Shown here: in pieces, positions 12,896 through 24,722 of the stretch
How the letters are laid out: each line of letters opens with the position of its first letter
How positions within the stretch are numbered: the stretch's first letter is position 1
NCBI GenBank assembly: GCA_002633005.1
Contig: NMRA01000504.1
Coordinates: forward strand, 255,388-319,387
Direction: 5' to 3'
DNA from: Phoronis australis
Lineage: Eukaryota; Animalia; Phoronida
DNA: 64,000 nt
Translations under genes and position numbers: made by a program
The notes under the pieces: model-generated
Seen by the model: the letters and a program-made list of their open reading frames with translations, nothing else
What the model was told of the DNA's origin: nothing
Database searches by the model: none

Positions 12896-13560
12896 TTTCA
12901 CTTCATATGAGCTAACCTTTGACCCATTTTTAAATTAGTATGTGCTGCCGACTTTTGGTCGTATTTTTAACTGTTCAGGCGATAGGACTCAAGTTCCTTT
13001 CACCTCTTAGAACGTTCTCATAGGCGTGAGGAAAGATGGAGTTCACTAAATAGGAACGTCAGCGCCTGTGCATGCAATCGCGCTTTGCCCAATTCTCCGA
13101 GGCAATGATGTTGCCCCCCCCCCCGGCTTATGGTGACAGATCCGCATGCCGAACGGCGACATCATCCCGTTGCTCCCACTAACTTGTTCGAGTGTATAGC
13201 CCAACAACAAGTTGGCCGGGAAGTTTACCCCCGTAGCCAATTAACTCCATTCTGGCGTTGATGGTTGGAGGGCCTGCGCTCCTTTGTTTGATAATCTCCT
13301 ATCAGATCGTATCTAGCCTGACTTGGGACGGGGCTGATATAAAAATGAAAGTTAAGTGAAGTCAGATATTATCGCACGTTCAGCACCCCTCACGTCTGGA
13401 AAAGTTTCTGAACGACAGGACGCTGTAATGGCCACTGGTTCTACGGTTGAATTGAATTGAATTGAATTTCTGATAATTTACTAAGCACAAGGAATAATTT
13501 TCCACTTTGGAGGACCGAATGCCGGGATGAAATCAAAGCACCTTCGTGACTGAGGTGAGC
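12870..13560. promoter_or_regulatory. CpG-enriched putative promoter region upstream of LMBR1, possibly bidirectional
   Basis: Visibly more CpG/GC than the flanks, with a YY1 motif and CCAAT boxes near 13089 and 13237. The + strand has TATAAAA at 13338-13344 and a GAG|GTGAGC donor at 13555. Confidence 0.45.
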
Positions 13561-13998
13561 CGAGGCGGGATTAGCACGCGGCGCACCTTGCACATAGTTG
13601 TCTCACTGAATGAAAATGCTGTGCACATGCATGAGGACACCCTTTGCCTCTTACTTTTAAACCTGAAAAGAATCATACAAGTTGGTAATATATGCTAGAA
13701 GAAGACCGGCATCATCTGAGCTAAGACCACACTAGTTAACTTACGTTGAAAGTCATTAATGAAATTTTTAAATTGAAAACAAAGAAGAAACCTAGAGTAG
13801 GTCATCCCGTTATGCACTTTTTTAAAAGTGAAAAATATCTCGTAAAGTAAAGCAAGAAGCTTAGCGCTAAACGAGCTATGTGTCGGTTACCCTCTGACAC
13901 AGCGCCACCTATACTGAAAAGTACTCAACACTGGGAAAGAGTGTACCTAGGTGTAGATGGCCGGTCCGACCATGTTTGGCTGGGTTTCGTGGCCACTA

Positions 13999-14140
13999 CA
14001 TGAGCTGCGCACCATAGGGGGCTGGGGCTATAGCCTCCACCCCCACTTTTTTCAGAGCTACGCCGCCCATGGGCTATGCGCGGTGCACCACGTACAGAGT
14101 GGCTGGGAGCATCCAAACTTTTTTAGCTGCGCCGCCCATG
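13999..14140. mobile_element. 142-bp MITE with imperfect CATG-ended TIRs and 5-bp TSD CACTA
   Basis: Left end catgagctgcgca versus reverse complement of the right end catgggcggcgca. cacta occurs at 13994-13998 and 14141-14145. Confidence 0.65.
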
Positions 14141-14586
14141 CACTAGCACGCCGATAAAATCATTACAGTATTCACAGTAATTTATTGCACACGTATAGTA
14201 GCATAACACAAATGATGCGTTTTTTTGCAAAAAGCATACTTGAGATCGTTTATTTATTAGCTTAAAGGATTTTTGAAACGGACTGGGTGACCACTGAATC
14301 GATTTCCTAGTGGGCCCACTCGGAGACATTAGCATGAAATTTCTAAGAGAGACGAAACATTAAAATAAAAAGGATTATATAAGTTAAAAGAAGGCTGCAA
14401 ACATTCTGAATCATGGAAATTCTGAAATATGCGAACTGAAGCCAGGAAGGCACGACAAACGTTTTACCTCCACCAGTGCACTCACCGTCGGCCAAGTTGG
14501 ACAACAGTTTCAGTTGACATCTGTCCCTTCTTTAGTCGCGTTAGCAGGAGTATTGAAAAGTAAAACTTATTGGCTACGGTGGGGGG

Positions 14587-14641
14587 NNNNNNNNNNNNNN
14601 NNNNNNNNNNNNNNNNNNNNNNNNNNNNNNNNNNNNNNNNN
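14587..14641. other. Assembly gap (55 N)
   Basis: Run of n following a poly-G tract. Confidence 1.
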
Positions 14642-15879
14642 GATGTCCAACGTAATTTCACTAGACAAGGAATTGCAAGCAGACGCGTTTTCCATTTTTC
14701 AGGAATCGGTTGTCTTTTTAATTGGTCAACGTTGGGAACCTGCGATTCAAATCACAAATACAAACGAATCTTGCTGTTTCATAACTGCTCAGCTCATTGC
14801 TCACTTCAAGAAGTCTCACATCTTAAGCAATGTACAGTAGGATGTGATAAAACCATCGAAGTTCAGTGATTACGCCAACGGAAAGGTTCATTTCATTTAT
14901 TAGACACAATTTGCAAGTGTGTCCTAAATATCTTTTCATAAAAATTGACTAAAAAGATTGAAAATATATTTCAGAATAAGTAAAATATCCCAAAAATGCC
15001 TTCAAAAAGCTGACATTCACTTTCAAATCATGATTATAATTATAATTTCTTACATCGTTTTAGTGTTTCCTTTGGTTTTCTACGACATGTAATTAAAGTT
15101 ATTGAATAAATAAAAACTATTCGAAATACGTTTTGCTATTTTGCAGGTACTCATACAGACATATTGAAAAACCACTGACGTCTCATCTCTACGCAACAAT
15201 AACTTTGCCTAAGCCTTCACAACCAGGAAATTATTTCTCTTTCCGTAGTTACCAACGAGATAGCTGCTGAATTGAATGTTACTGCAACTTTATTTTCGCG
15301 GGCTTTATTTTTCATTTTCTGTTCTCATCTGCTCAAAAAAGGTCGGTCATGGTTTCAAAAATATGCATGGTATCAGCCAGGTGGACTTTGCCAATCGCCA
15401 GCAGGACTGCCCATCGTTGGGCAAAGGGAATTTTTGTAAGAGCATCGAATACCTAAATCGTTGACTGGCGATACGTTCATGCGACAGTGCTTAGGCCAGT
15501 CAGAGTGGAAGCTTTTCTATGAGCCTAAAACGATTCAGCAAATTAGACACTATCAACTGTACTTGATATTTGAGTACTTGTGTGGGCGATCAAACAGATT
15601 CGTTTGGTTATAGAAATCAGGATATTGATGCGTTTGTTTTTGTTGCTCTGTGCTGATATTCAACGCCTTGTGAAGTTGCTCTATTTGCATTGCGCCAAGC
15701 ATAAAAAATATAGTAATCGTCTTTAAACACCACATGGAAAAGAAATTTATTGTAAGGAAAGATGACAACAAACACTATATAATGATAAGAAACAGTTAAA
15801 GAGAGGCCAGGGGTAAATTATTCATAGACGGAGCCGTCCACGAAAAAACTTTTACAACTTTTCAAAACTCTTAATATTA

Positions 15880-16910
15880 ATCTACCTATTTGAACAATCT
15901 CTTTGTCCAACCTTATCTTTTTTAACCTAACATTTTCTCCTTTTACCCAACTAAAACGACAATTATTGTCAACCCCGACAATCCGTCACTGCCACCGAGG
16001 AGGGCCTTTTTGAATTTTAAATGATGTAATTTTAACTGATATTTCAACATGAATAACTTCAGCAGAACAGTCTGGACACAACGTAAATACATTGCATACT
16101 GAGGGACAGTGATAACATAACTAAACAACAAGGAGATTCTGGAGAGCTCAAATAGCAAAACATGAATTCATTCTTGGTTATTTTGACATCTTCCTTTAAG
16201 GGAGAATGTCAAAAAATAATGTTTCGCACCTCCAACGATAAGAGCTTATTTTCAGCATCAAGAATGTCATTGACGAAATATAACCCATTCTCAGCAAAAT
16301 CTTTATAATATAATGGCTTATCATCAAATGTTATCTCTCTGTTATGCCATATAATCTGGTCACAAACTGTCACATCTTTAAAAGCATTATGATTCAATTG
16401 CTCATTCCCCGACAAAACTTCTCTATTAAAATCATCATTTATCGTTCTAAACAGTTTGTTTACTTTAACATTATACGACCGACCACAACAGTTCACCCCC
16501 ATAACTCTTGAAGATATGCAATGTATTGTGAATAAAACTCCCAACTTCCATATCCAGGATTTTGAGGTCGTTTAACCCACTTGACTAAAGGCTTTCTTTA
16601 TCATGGTCATATCAGGGACTTTTAAATCACCATCTTCATAAGAGGTCATTGCAACGCTTCTCTTTATTTTTGGCGGTTTCCTTCTCCAAATAGAATTTGT
16701 CGATTTTGCACAAATCCCACGTCAATCCCAGAGTACATATACAACGTGAATCAATGTGGATAGCGCAAAAGTTTTAGCAATGACAATTTTTCGCTTATTA
16801 ATTTTCTTGTTTTCCTAGTATTTCAAAAAAATATCTTCAAAGTTTTGCCTATTTTTTCCTTTCCGTATTTGCCGAAGTAAATGCCTAGACATTTAAAGCT
16901 GGTTTAAGCG
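15880..16910 (-). mobile_element. Degenerate L1/Tx1-type LINE ORF2 remnant (post-RT region)
   Basis: Frameshifted motifs FKCLGIYFG, KIVIAKTFALS, WRRKPPKIKRSVAMTSYEDGDLKVPD and QIIWHNREITFDDKPLYYKDFAENGLYFVNDILD, typical of Tx1/L1 ORF2 C-terminal halves. Confidence 0.75.
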
Positions 16911-18340
16911 ACTCAACATATCCTCTGAATGCCTTTTGGTTCTTAATTTTTTTTAAATACAGTACCCTTAATAACAATTATACTGAATAGCTTCCAACAC
17001 AAGCAGGTATTCAACTTAGGGCCAAGGTCAGACAGCATTGTATAAATTCCTTTATGTTGTTGTCCACAGTCATTATCATAAGGAAGAGAAGAAATTCTGG
17101 AAAGATTTAAAGTAATTCTAGAAAAAAAGCATTTATTTCACTCGCCGGCTTTAGGTTGACGAAAGAACACTTTTCTTGAACAAAAAAGCCGGCCGACCGG
17201 TGTCACTATCAACCGTTTTACTTCTACTCAGACAGTTATGATTTCTCTCACACGATTCAGTTGAGAGCGCACTTCTTTCGTACCTTACAAAAATGTACCT
17301 GCCTCGTATTCTATAAAAACAACAGTTAATAATTCAGCTCTCTGGTTAGTTTTCCGAAAAAACTCCTTTCAAATTTTGTTCACTGCAGTTTCAAAGCCGG
17401 TAGGCCTAAAACGATGCTCTGCCGTGCACACACAACTAGTTCGAATTCAGTCCTCACCGTGGCAGCTCGCATGGGTTGAAGGGCTGCCGCCTGCCAATTT
17501 TATCAGAGTAAGGGCCTAATGCGAATTTCGTTTTTAGCCAGCCAAACAGTCGATCCAAAATGCCAGTCAGGTTACCTCAGTACAAGGTCCTACATAGGCT
17601 ACATGTACGAGGGGGCCCTGGTTCAGCTGTGTCAGTATTGGCGGCTCTGTTATTTCGGTTGTTTTGGGCTATCACGTACAAGGAGTATACAGGCGATGGG
17701 AGTACTACCGAACAAAGCAAAATAGTAGTCTCATCATATTTTTTCACTTATATATGTCGACCCGGCCCATTGGAAACTCGCCGTTGCGCCACGCCTGCAG
17801 GCCTGGACGGACTGACGAGTCTGACAGGTCCACCACCAGGTGCCGCAAAATGCCAGAAACATAGCACAACATCTTTTATAACCATGCGCGAAAATAAACC
17901 AAAACATTAGTTAGTTAAAATGCTGACAGAAACTCTTTTCCGAAACAAATTAATACACTGATGTAGAATTCAATGTTTTTGATTTATAATGTGGTTATCA
18001 TATGCGTCACTTGAATGTGAAAAAATCTGCAAAATTTTACTAATAACCTACAAAAATATTCGTGGGCGAAGTAACTGATGTCATGATTTGGGTCACGCAC
18101 AAGCGGCTCTTGGCGACGGACAAACACGAGGAAGTTCTCCTTTGAAAGCTGGTATGTTTTGCGTGTTACCATCTAAACTGTGTATTAACGACTTAGTCTA
18201 TTGAAATACCAAGCATGAGCAGAGATGAAATGAACTTTTGATGTATGGAATTTTTGAAATGCAGACATGTTACCAGATTTTAACCCTCCTGCAACAAAAA
18301 GCCGTCAGATTGGTCACTGACCTTTATGCCGGTTGCTCAC

Positions 18341-19191
18341 TGCCTCACTGGGCCTGTTGCATCAGTAAAATGTCCGTAGGAAGTTTTGTTACGCTGAGCC
18401 AACGCTGTGACTTACGTCAAAGCTGGACCAAAAAGCAATTGCCCTTAGGCGAGTGATTAAAAGAGGCCTTTAAAACTCACTGCAGATGCATCACACTCTT
18501 CCACAGCCCAGGAACAGGCCTGACACGTTACCGTTAACCGGGAGGGGTCATTACCCAAGGAATTCCTCAATCAGGCCAGACCCCTTGCAACCGCCCCCTC
18601 CTCCTCTAGTTCGGGAAGCTGTCATTAAATATCGTCCAGCTCCTTGTTACTGATGTACTAAGTTTTAGTCTAGCTGAGAGGCCTACCTCTTCCTGTTTCG
18701 TGAGACATCAGGAAGCTACATTCTACTAATATTAATGTNTGCTTGTGACGTCAGTGGACAAAAGGGGAATTGGCCAACATTCACCATTCTGCCTGCCTCA
18801 CTGGGCCTGTTGCATCAGTAAAACGTCCGTAGGAAGTTTTGTTACGCTGAGCCAACGCTGTGACTTACGTCAAAGCTGGACCAAAAAGCAATTGCCCTTA
18901 GGCGAGTGATTAAAAGAGGCCTTTAAAACTCACTGCAGATGCACCACACTCTTCCACAGCCCAGGAACAGGCCTGACACGTTACCGTTAACCGGGAGGGG
19001 TCATTACCCAAGGAATTCCTCAATCAGGCCAGACCCCTTGCAACCGCCCCCTCCTCCTCTAGTTCGGGAAGCTGTCATTAAATATCGTCCAGCTCCTTGT
19101 TACTGATGTACTAAGTTTTAGTCTAGCTGAGAGGCCTACCTCTTCCTGTTTCGTGAGACATCAGGAAGCTACATTCTACTAATATTAATGT
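18341..19191 (+). repeat. Near-identical ~398-bp direct duplication (18341-18738 and 18794-19191) joined at a single n; probably an assembly or haplotype artefact
   Basis: Only two substitutions were seen (tgtccg/cgtccg and gcatcac/gcaccac). An n lies at 18739, exactly at the end of copy 1. Confidence 0.85.
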
Positions 19192-21586
19192 CAGATAGAT
19201 ACTTGTATACGATTACAAACTGTTGGATTCCGGCGCTATCAATGAAGCACTTGTCTCAGTAATGGTTGCTTCATAATCAGGATATACAGTATCATGTGCC
19301 TAATTGCCACATTTCAATCTCAAATTTTCCCCGATAAACGTGGCATCAACTGTATAACCAGGAGCGATGCCGGAATCTACTTGAAGGGATACAACTAAAG
19401 GTAACGTATAGCCTGAAAGTTTGTGTGTTCAAATGAACAACCCTGCAGCATTCTTGTACTGATCATTTTGTACATTTAATAGATCAATCTGTGGTGCCCC
19501 CATGGAGCGCAATGTGAAAAATCGTCTTTTTTACTCTACTACACTAATGCGCCTGTTCTATGTATGCCGAGTTCAAAATCATGGAGTCATGCATCAGGCT
19601 ATATATCTGCTTTCTGGACGACATGTCTGTTCGTGACTTAGTACATCATTTGTGTATTGTCTTGCTAGATGTGTGTGGTCATTCAGACTTTCCATATAAG
19701 TGTGTGTAGAGACCAGGTCCATGGATTGTTCTCTGATAAACAAGACCATCTTGATCATTAAACTTTTTTCTAGCAATTGTGTCTTGACAGAATCACATCT
19801 TCATTTCAATGAATTCTGTCATTCAGAACCTTTTTGAGGAATGTGGATTGCGTGGTTCTCTTAATGAGCGTGAACGTCTCCAAAGTGGGTGCAGATCAGA
19901 TAAATCTTTCATTATGTGGTCATTGGTCCCAGAAGAAATTCATTATCCGAGGTATACTGTTTTTCACCATGCAGTATGAAGCACTATTGTAGAACAATGG
20001 AGTTTGCTTAATGTTGTACCCTCAGTCGCAGCACAAATTATCATATGTCGGATATTCCATGGTGTCCGATTTGGCAAAAGTTGCAACTACTCTTATAAGT
20101 TTATGCTTTGGAGCAGGGCTGCAGGTTACCATGTTAACGAGAACCTCACAAAAGCAAGATTACTGGAGATCAGAAAACAAAAGACGAAAGCGCACGATTT
20201 CTATGTTCCTAAACACTTGGTTTTTATGTACACAGTCTTTTATAATACAGATTCTCAAAGATGAATTAATGGTGACCGAATGTACCCTTTCTGATGTCAC
20301 CAATAATCATTTTCACACTAAGTTTCTAAAAAACATTTCATGACAACATTGACAATGAATGCTGGTACATGTTTTTCATACATGTTGATAATGCAGTTTG
20401 TTTATTATGCTCATCCTTTGGCACAGTTTGCTAAAAAGTCACAAAGCTGTCGTTTTGCTGTACAATGATTTGATTTTCTGTTGAGTTTTTGTTCCGTATA
20501 GATACTGCACGTCTGCATGACATCAAGTTTTTGAATGGCCGCTTGCCTGAGAGTAGGCACAAACAGGAGTCTAGAACTTACATAATATGTGAATTAATTT
20601 GTGGTTGAATGGCAAATTTGAATTAATAAAACACGAGACTTTTCATTTTTGTTAATTCATTAAACGTATTTTACAATGCTAAGAGCTTAACATAATTGCC
20701 ATCTAGTAAAATGTTGCGAATACATAACAGTAACAATCGTTGCTGATCTTGAAATTGATATGTTTATGAGATCAACTGTCATCTGATGCTGTTTGAGCTG
20801 GATTAGATCAAAAGACTATTGTTGACCCCCTATTTTTCTTATTTTATGGGAAACAGGAGGGACATCCCAGATCAAAATTAACAATGTATCTTTTTGTGTA
20901 AAAGTCTACTCTAAAATTCAAGCAACTGGAAGTCTAGAAAATACGTTTACCACTATTTACACCAGCGTAAGATAATCAGTAAACCAGGAGATATTATTAA
21001 ATGTAAAACCAATATTGAGCTGTAATTAATCTGTTTTCAAAACGGTTTCAATCAATAACTAGAGGCGGCTTTTCAGTATTCCATGTGTAAATTTCACATT
21101 CTTGCTCGAGGTGTCTGAAGGCATCTGTAACTGAAAAACTAATTCAGTGACCTCCACTAAAAGTTTTTTTTTAAAGTTTTGTAGGCAAAGAGCACTACTC
21201 CAAAAAATTGAAATTAAAAAAATCAACAATCAATCAAAAAAGTCACCTATGAATTAAAACTGTGTTGAATATTCTCAAGCCAGGACTTCATGCCATTATT
21301 GCATGGGTGGTGCGTGTTTCTTTTTGACACTTAATCTTATGGTTTGTGCTCAAGTAGGTAGACCCAATCAGCCAGCTTCGAATTCACCGACAAGAGGTGC
21401 CTGAATTGACAATCTCTGAATTATCCCGCTAAATGAGTTTAACATTGATGTTAGTTCTTCCCAAGCTGCTCTTACATGAGAAACAGTTGTCACAGTTGTC
21501 ACAGTTTCAGTTGTCGTGGCGTGACTTGCTCTACAGTTGTCGCATTTACACAACATTAGATCGCAATGTGGATTAGCACGAGTCAC

Positions 21587-21925
21587 TTACACGAGGACTG
21601 TCTTTGTAATGCTAGTATAAACAATAGGGAATGTCCAAACCACGTGGAATGCCAGGGGATCACATGTATATACGCTATTGCGCAAGCGCATTGAAGATCG
21701 TCCCATTCTGCCATGCCCAGTTGCGTTTAGATGTGTAGTTGAAACTGGAGCAACTGATCGAGTACAACTCGCTCTACCCTTCAAACTGGTGTCAAGAATA
21801 GCCGCCACGGTGTAACTTGCTCCGTGTCAGTCGTGTTTACACATGTACACTTACACCCGATCAGCTGTTCAATGTTAGTTGCTCTGTGAAAGCATTCTCT
21901 TGGTCTGTCGTGTAAATGCAACTTA
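21587..21925 (+). repeat. Dispersed unclassified repeat, copy 2 (homologous to 4950-5276)
   Basis: Same shared blocks as copy 1. Confidence 0.85.
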
Positions 21926-24722
21926 AAATTATACCTTGATCAAGTGTGGTACATGTCACCTGGTCTTCTACAATTGAAATTAAATGCTCTAATTCAAAAT
22001 TATAGTTTTCTTGAAAGGTAACAATTTTGATGAAAAGTCACACATGTAATAGTAGACGGAGTTTTTTCTTTGATTTCCTGTCATTAAACTTACTACGCAA
22101 TTCAACCATTGATCATTGTCACAGCATAAATGTTAGAATACGATGAAATGAAGTGACTGATGACTGACTGCACGGCTTGCGCTAATTGTGACTTGATTGG
22201 TTAAAACATGGTGGTTGTTGTTTTGTTCGGCAGGTCATTAGTTAGTTGATTTACGTGGTATTCTCTTGGGTATAAACCCACCTTGGTGTTTAAGTCCACA
22301 CCCTATTTATTCCTGTGCTGGCTCACCCTATGCTCTGGTATAGATAAGCCCACCTGTTCAGGTATAAGCCATCCCCTCTGGCCTCTTGGTCCACGTGAAA
22401 TCGACCTCTCTCCTGTATCAGGTTGTTGCACAACAAGCGACCCACTGGCTTATGCTCAAATGTACGATACAAGCACTTGTGCTTCTACACAAATGTCAGA
22501 TAAGTTCACCCTTTTACAATTAAACTCACCCCACTTTTTGGAGCTCCCCAGTTGCAAGGCTTCATAAACGTGAGCTGATATGGTAGTGATACGGGTGCAT
22601 GCTCACAGCTTAAGTAGCAGGATGCCAAATACAAAGTCGGGTGTACATTATCTACAGTTTGCGCTGTGTGAATACTGATTATGTAGACATGGAGCCTTTC
22701 ATCGTACTCTGTATGTTTCTGGCTGGTTCCTCTATGCCCTGCCATACATTTGTTCAGCCAAGTTAACCTGTCTCTCGTTGCACAGACCTATTGTACCTTA
22801 GTGCAGCCAAGTGAAACTTCTTCTCATTTCTTCATACAAGATACACAGCATCAAATTCGTGCTTTACCACGTTCAAGATCTATACTGTAGCCACCATCAG
22901 GAAATATTGTGGGCATTCCCTTCCATTGTTACAAGACTTTGGAAAAAGGAGAAAAAAATAAAGTAATGGGGATTTTTTTGGTAACCATTTTTGTTCAAAA
23001 TTGGTGAGATTTTTTGTATTCTATTTTAAGCAAAAGTCATTCAATGCCATGCACATTTCCTGTGCATGGAGTTCAAAATGATGACTGGCAAAAGCTTAAG
23101 TACCATATTTTCTCTAACAGTAAGGAATGTATGCCAGGGAGTGTACATTTTGTCTGACCCCAGAAACAATGGAACTGTGGTAATAGACAGTTGTGTTTGT
23201 AAATGTATTGTATTGTATGATAATTGGCTTATTTGCTATGAAAATAGATTAGGTGCTGTTGTGTGTGCTTACCAATGGCATATTTTACCAATTAGCTGTG
23301 CAATGCATTCAAAAACACTGTTGTCAGGTTGTATACTTTTGCCAGATAAATGATGAGTGCAGGATGTTTAAAATCACCTGCAGTTTATATGGGCATACTG
23401 TTGGAATTGACAGGAACACAAGATGACTGACAGACAACTGCAATTGAAATAGATCTCTAGACATTTAGTAGGAGTAAGATGTTCAATACACCTGCAGTCT
23501 GTACATATTGAAATATGTCTGCAAGTTAGTCCACGTACTGTGTGGAGAGTAATTTATGAGTTGCAATATCGACATATTAAAACTGCATTTCGCCTTATTT
23601 GCCTGCTTAAAATGACACTTGAATTACCTACGCCTTTTAGGGCTCATAATGGTCTCATGGTATTCCTTACCATGATATATGATTCTAGTTCTATTACAAG
23701 AACATTTAAACCAACATCAACTCAAGAAAATGATTGACAGTTTATTGGGATTAGTTAACCCTAAAATTGGGTGTTTGAAAATGGTACTTGTAGGCATTAC
23801 TTGTGTCTGGAGTTGGTGTCATGGTAACGAATATCATGAGATTGGTTTTATGAGAGTATAAAAGGCCTAAACTTTTTTGTTTTGTTTTTAGCCAGTGTTA
23901 ACCACTCGGTGATCCTCAATAAGACAACAAACATCATGCCAGGAAATATAGAGAGAGAGAACTATAATCAGAGTAGTCGCATAAAAAATTAACCTGCACA
24001 CGTCTTAATTGCGATTGTACGAACACATTTATCTGCAGAAATAATACAACGAATATAACTGCAATGAAAGCAAACCCTTCGAAAGAACTTATTCGCTCGA
24101 AGATTCAACTTTTTACTATTTGCTTGTCACTCCCGGACTCCACCATTTGAATTTTTGTGAACACGTGAAATGAAGCATTCACTTGGCTGATTCGCTGGCA
24201 TGTTGGTCACTATATAACGTCATTAGGTCAAAAACTGAGATAACAAGATGGCAGACGATTTGAGAGTAAGGTAAAAAGGAGGCGGGATATAACCGGTAAC
24301 ACCGTTTGCGGTTTCCTAAATATTTTAAAAGGAATTTGATTTGGTTAGTACTTAAACACATCGAGCAAGAATTTTATTCCCATTCCTTTGGTTTATGTCC
24401 ATTTCATCGGTGAAAAACCCTCCTATGGCCCTTCAACTCTGTTTAAGGGCTGAGTATTGGCTATGAGCTGAGCTGTCTCATAGGGATGGATGGTTGAGCT
24501 GCCATCCCTTGAACTTGCTGCTAATTCATTCAGTCATTCTCACCTTGCTGTGACCTATAAGCTAAGCTGTTGCTCACTTGAGACAGGTGGCATAGCTCCT
24601 AGTTTTCTGTCTGCAGTACAGATACGGTATGTCAACTGGTCTGTAGCTGACTAATTTATAAATTGGTTTTAGACCCATTGCCTAATTGATTACCCTTAAA
24701 AATACGAAAGTTAGGAACTTGA

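Noticed and set aside
17395-17470. GTTCGAATT B-box-like motif (and a GGGTCCAAACC near 60217) as tRNA or SINE
   Set aside because: No convincing A box or cloverleaf could be built.
17805-17865. CTGACGA...GAAAC as a hammerhead ribozyme core
   Set aside because: The sequence after CTGACGA does not pair with that before GAAAC, so helix II cannot form, and there is no suitable helix III or cleavage triplet.
20004-20343. Overlapping 86- and 110-aa ORFs; YHVNENLTKAR resembles a LINE ORF1 motif
   Set aside because: A single short motif with no supporting context or splice structure.
24211-24276. TATATAA, aagATGGCA and donor sites as a coding first exon of the desaturase
   Set aside because: Neither donor (24266, 24271) gives the phase-1 junction needed to be in frame at 31406. 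It is retained only as a possible non-coding or uORF exon.
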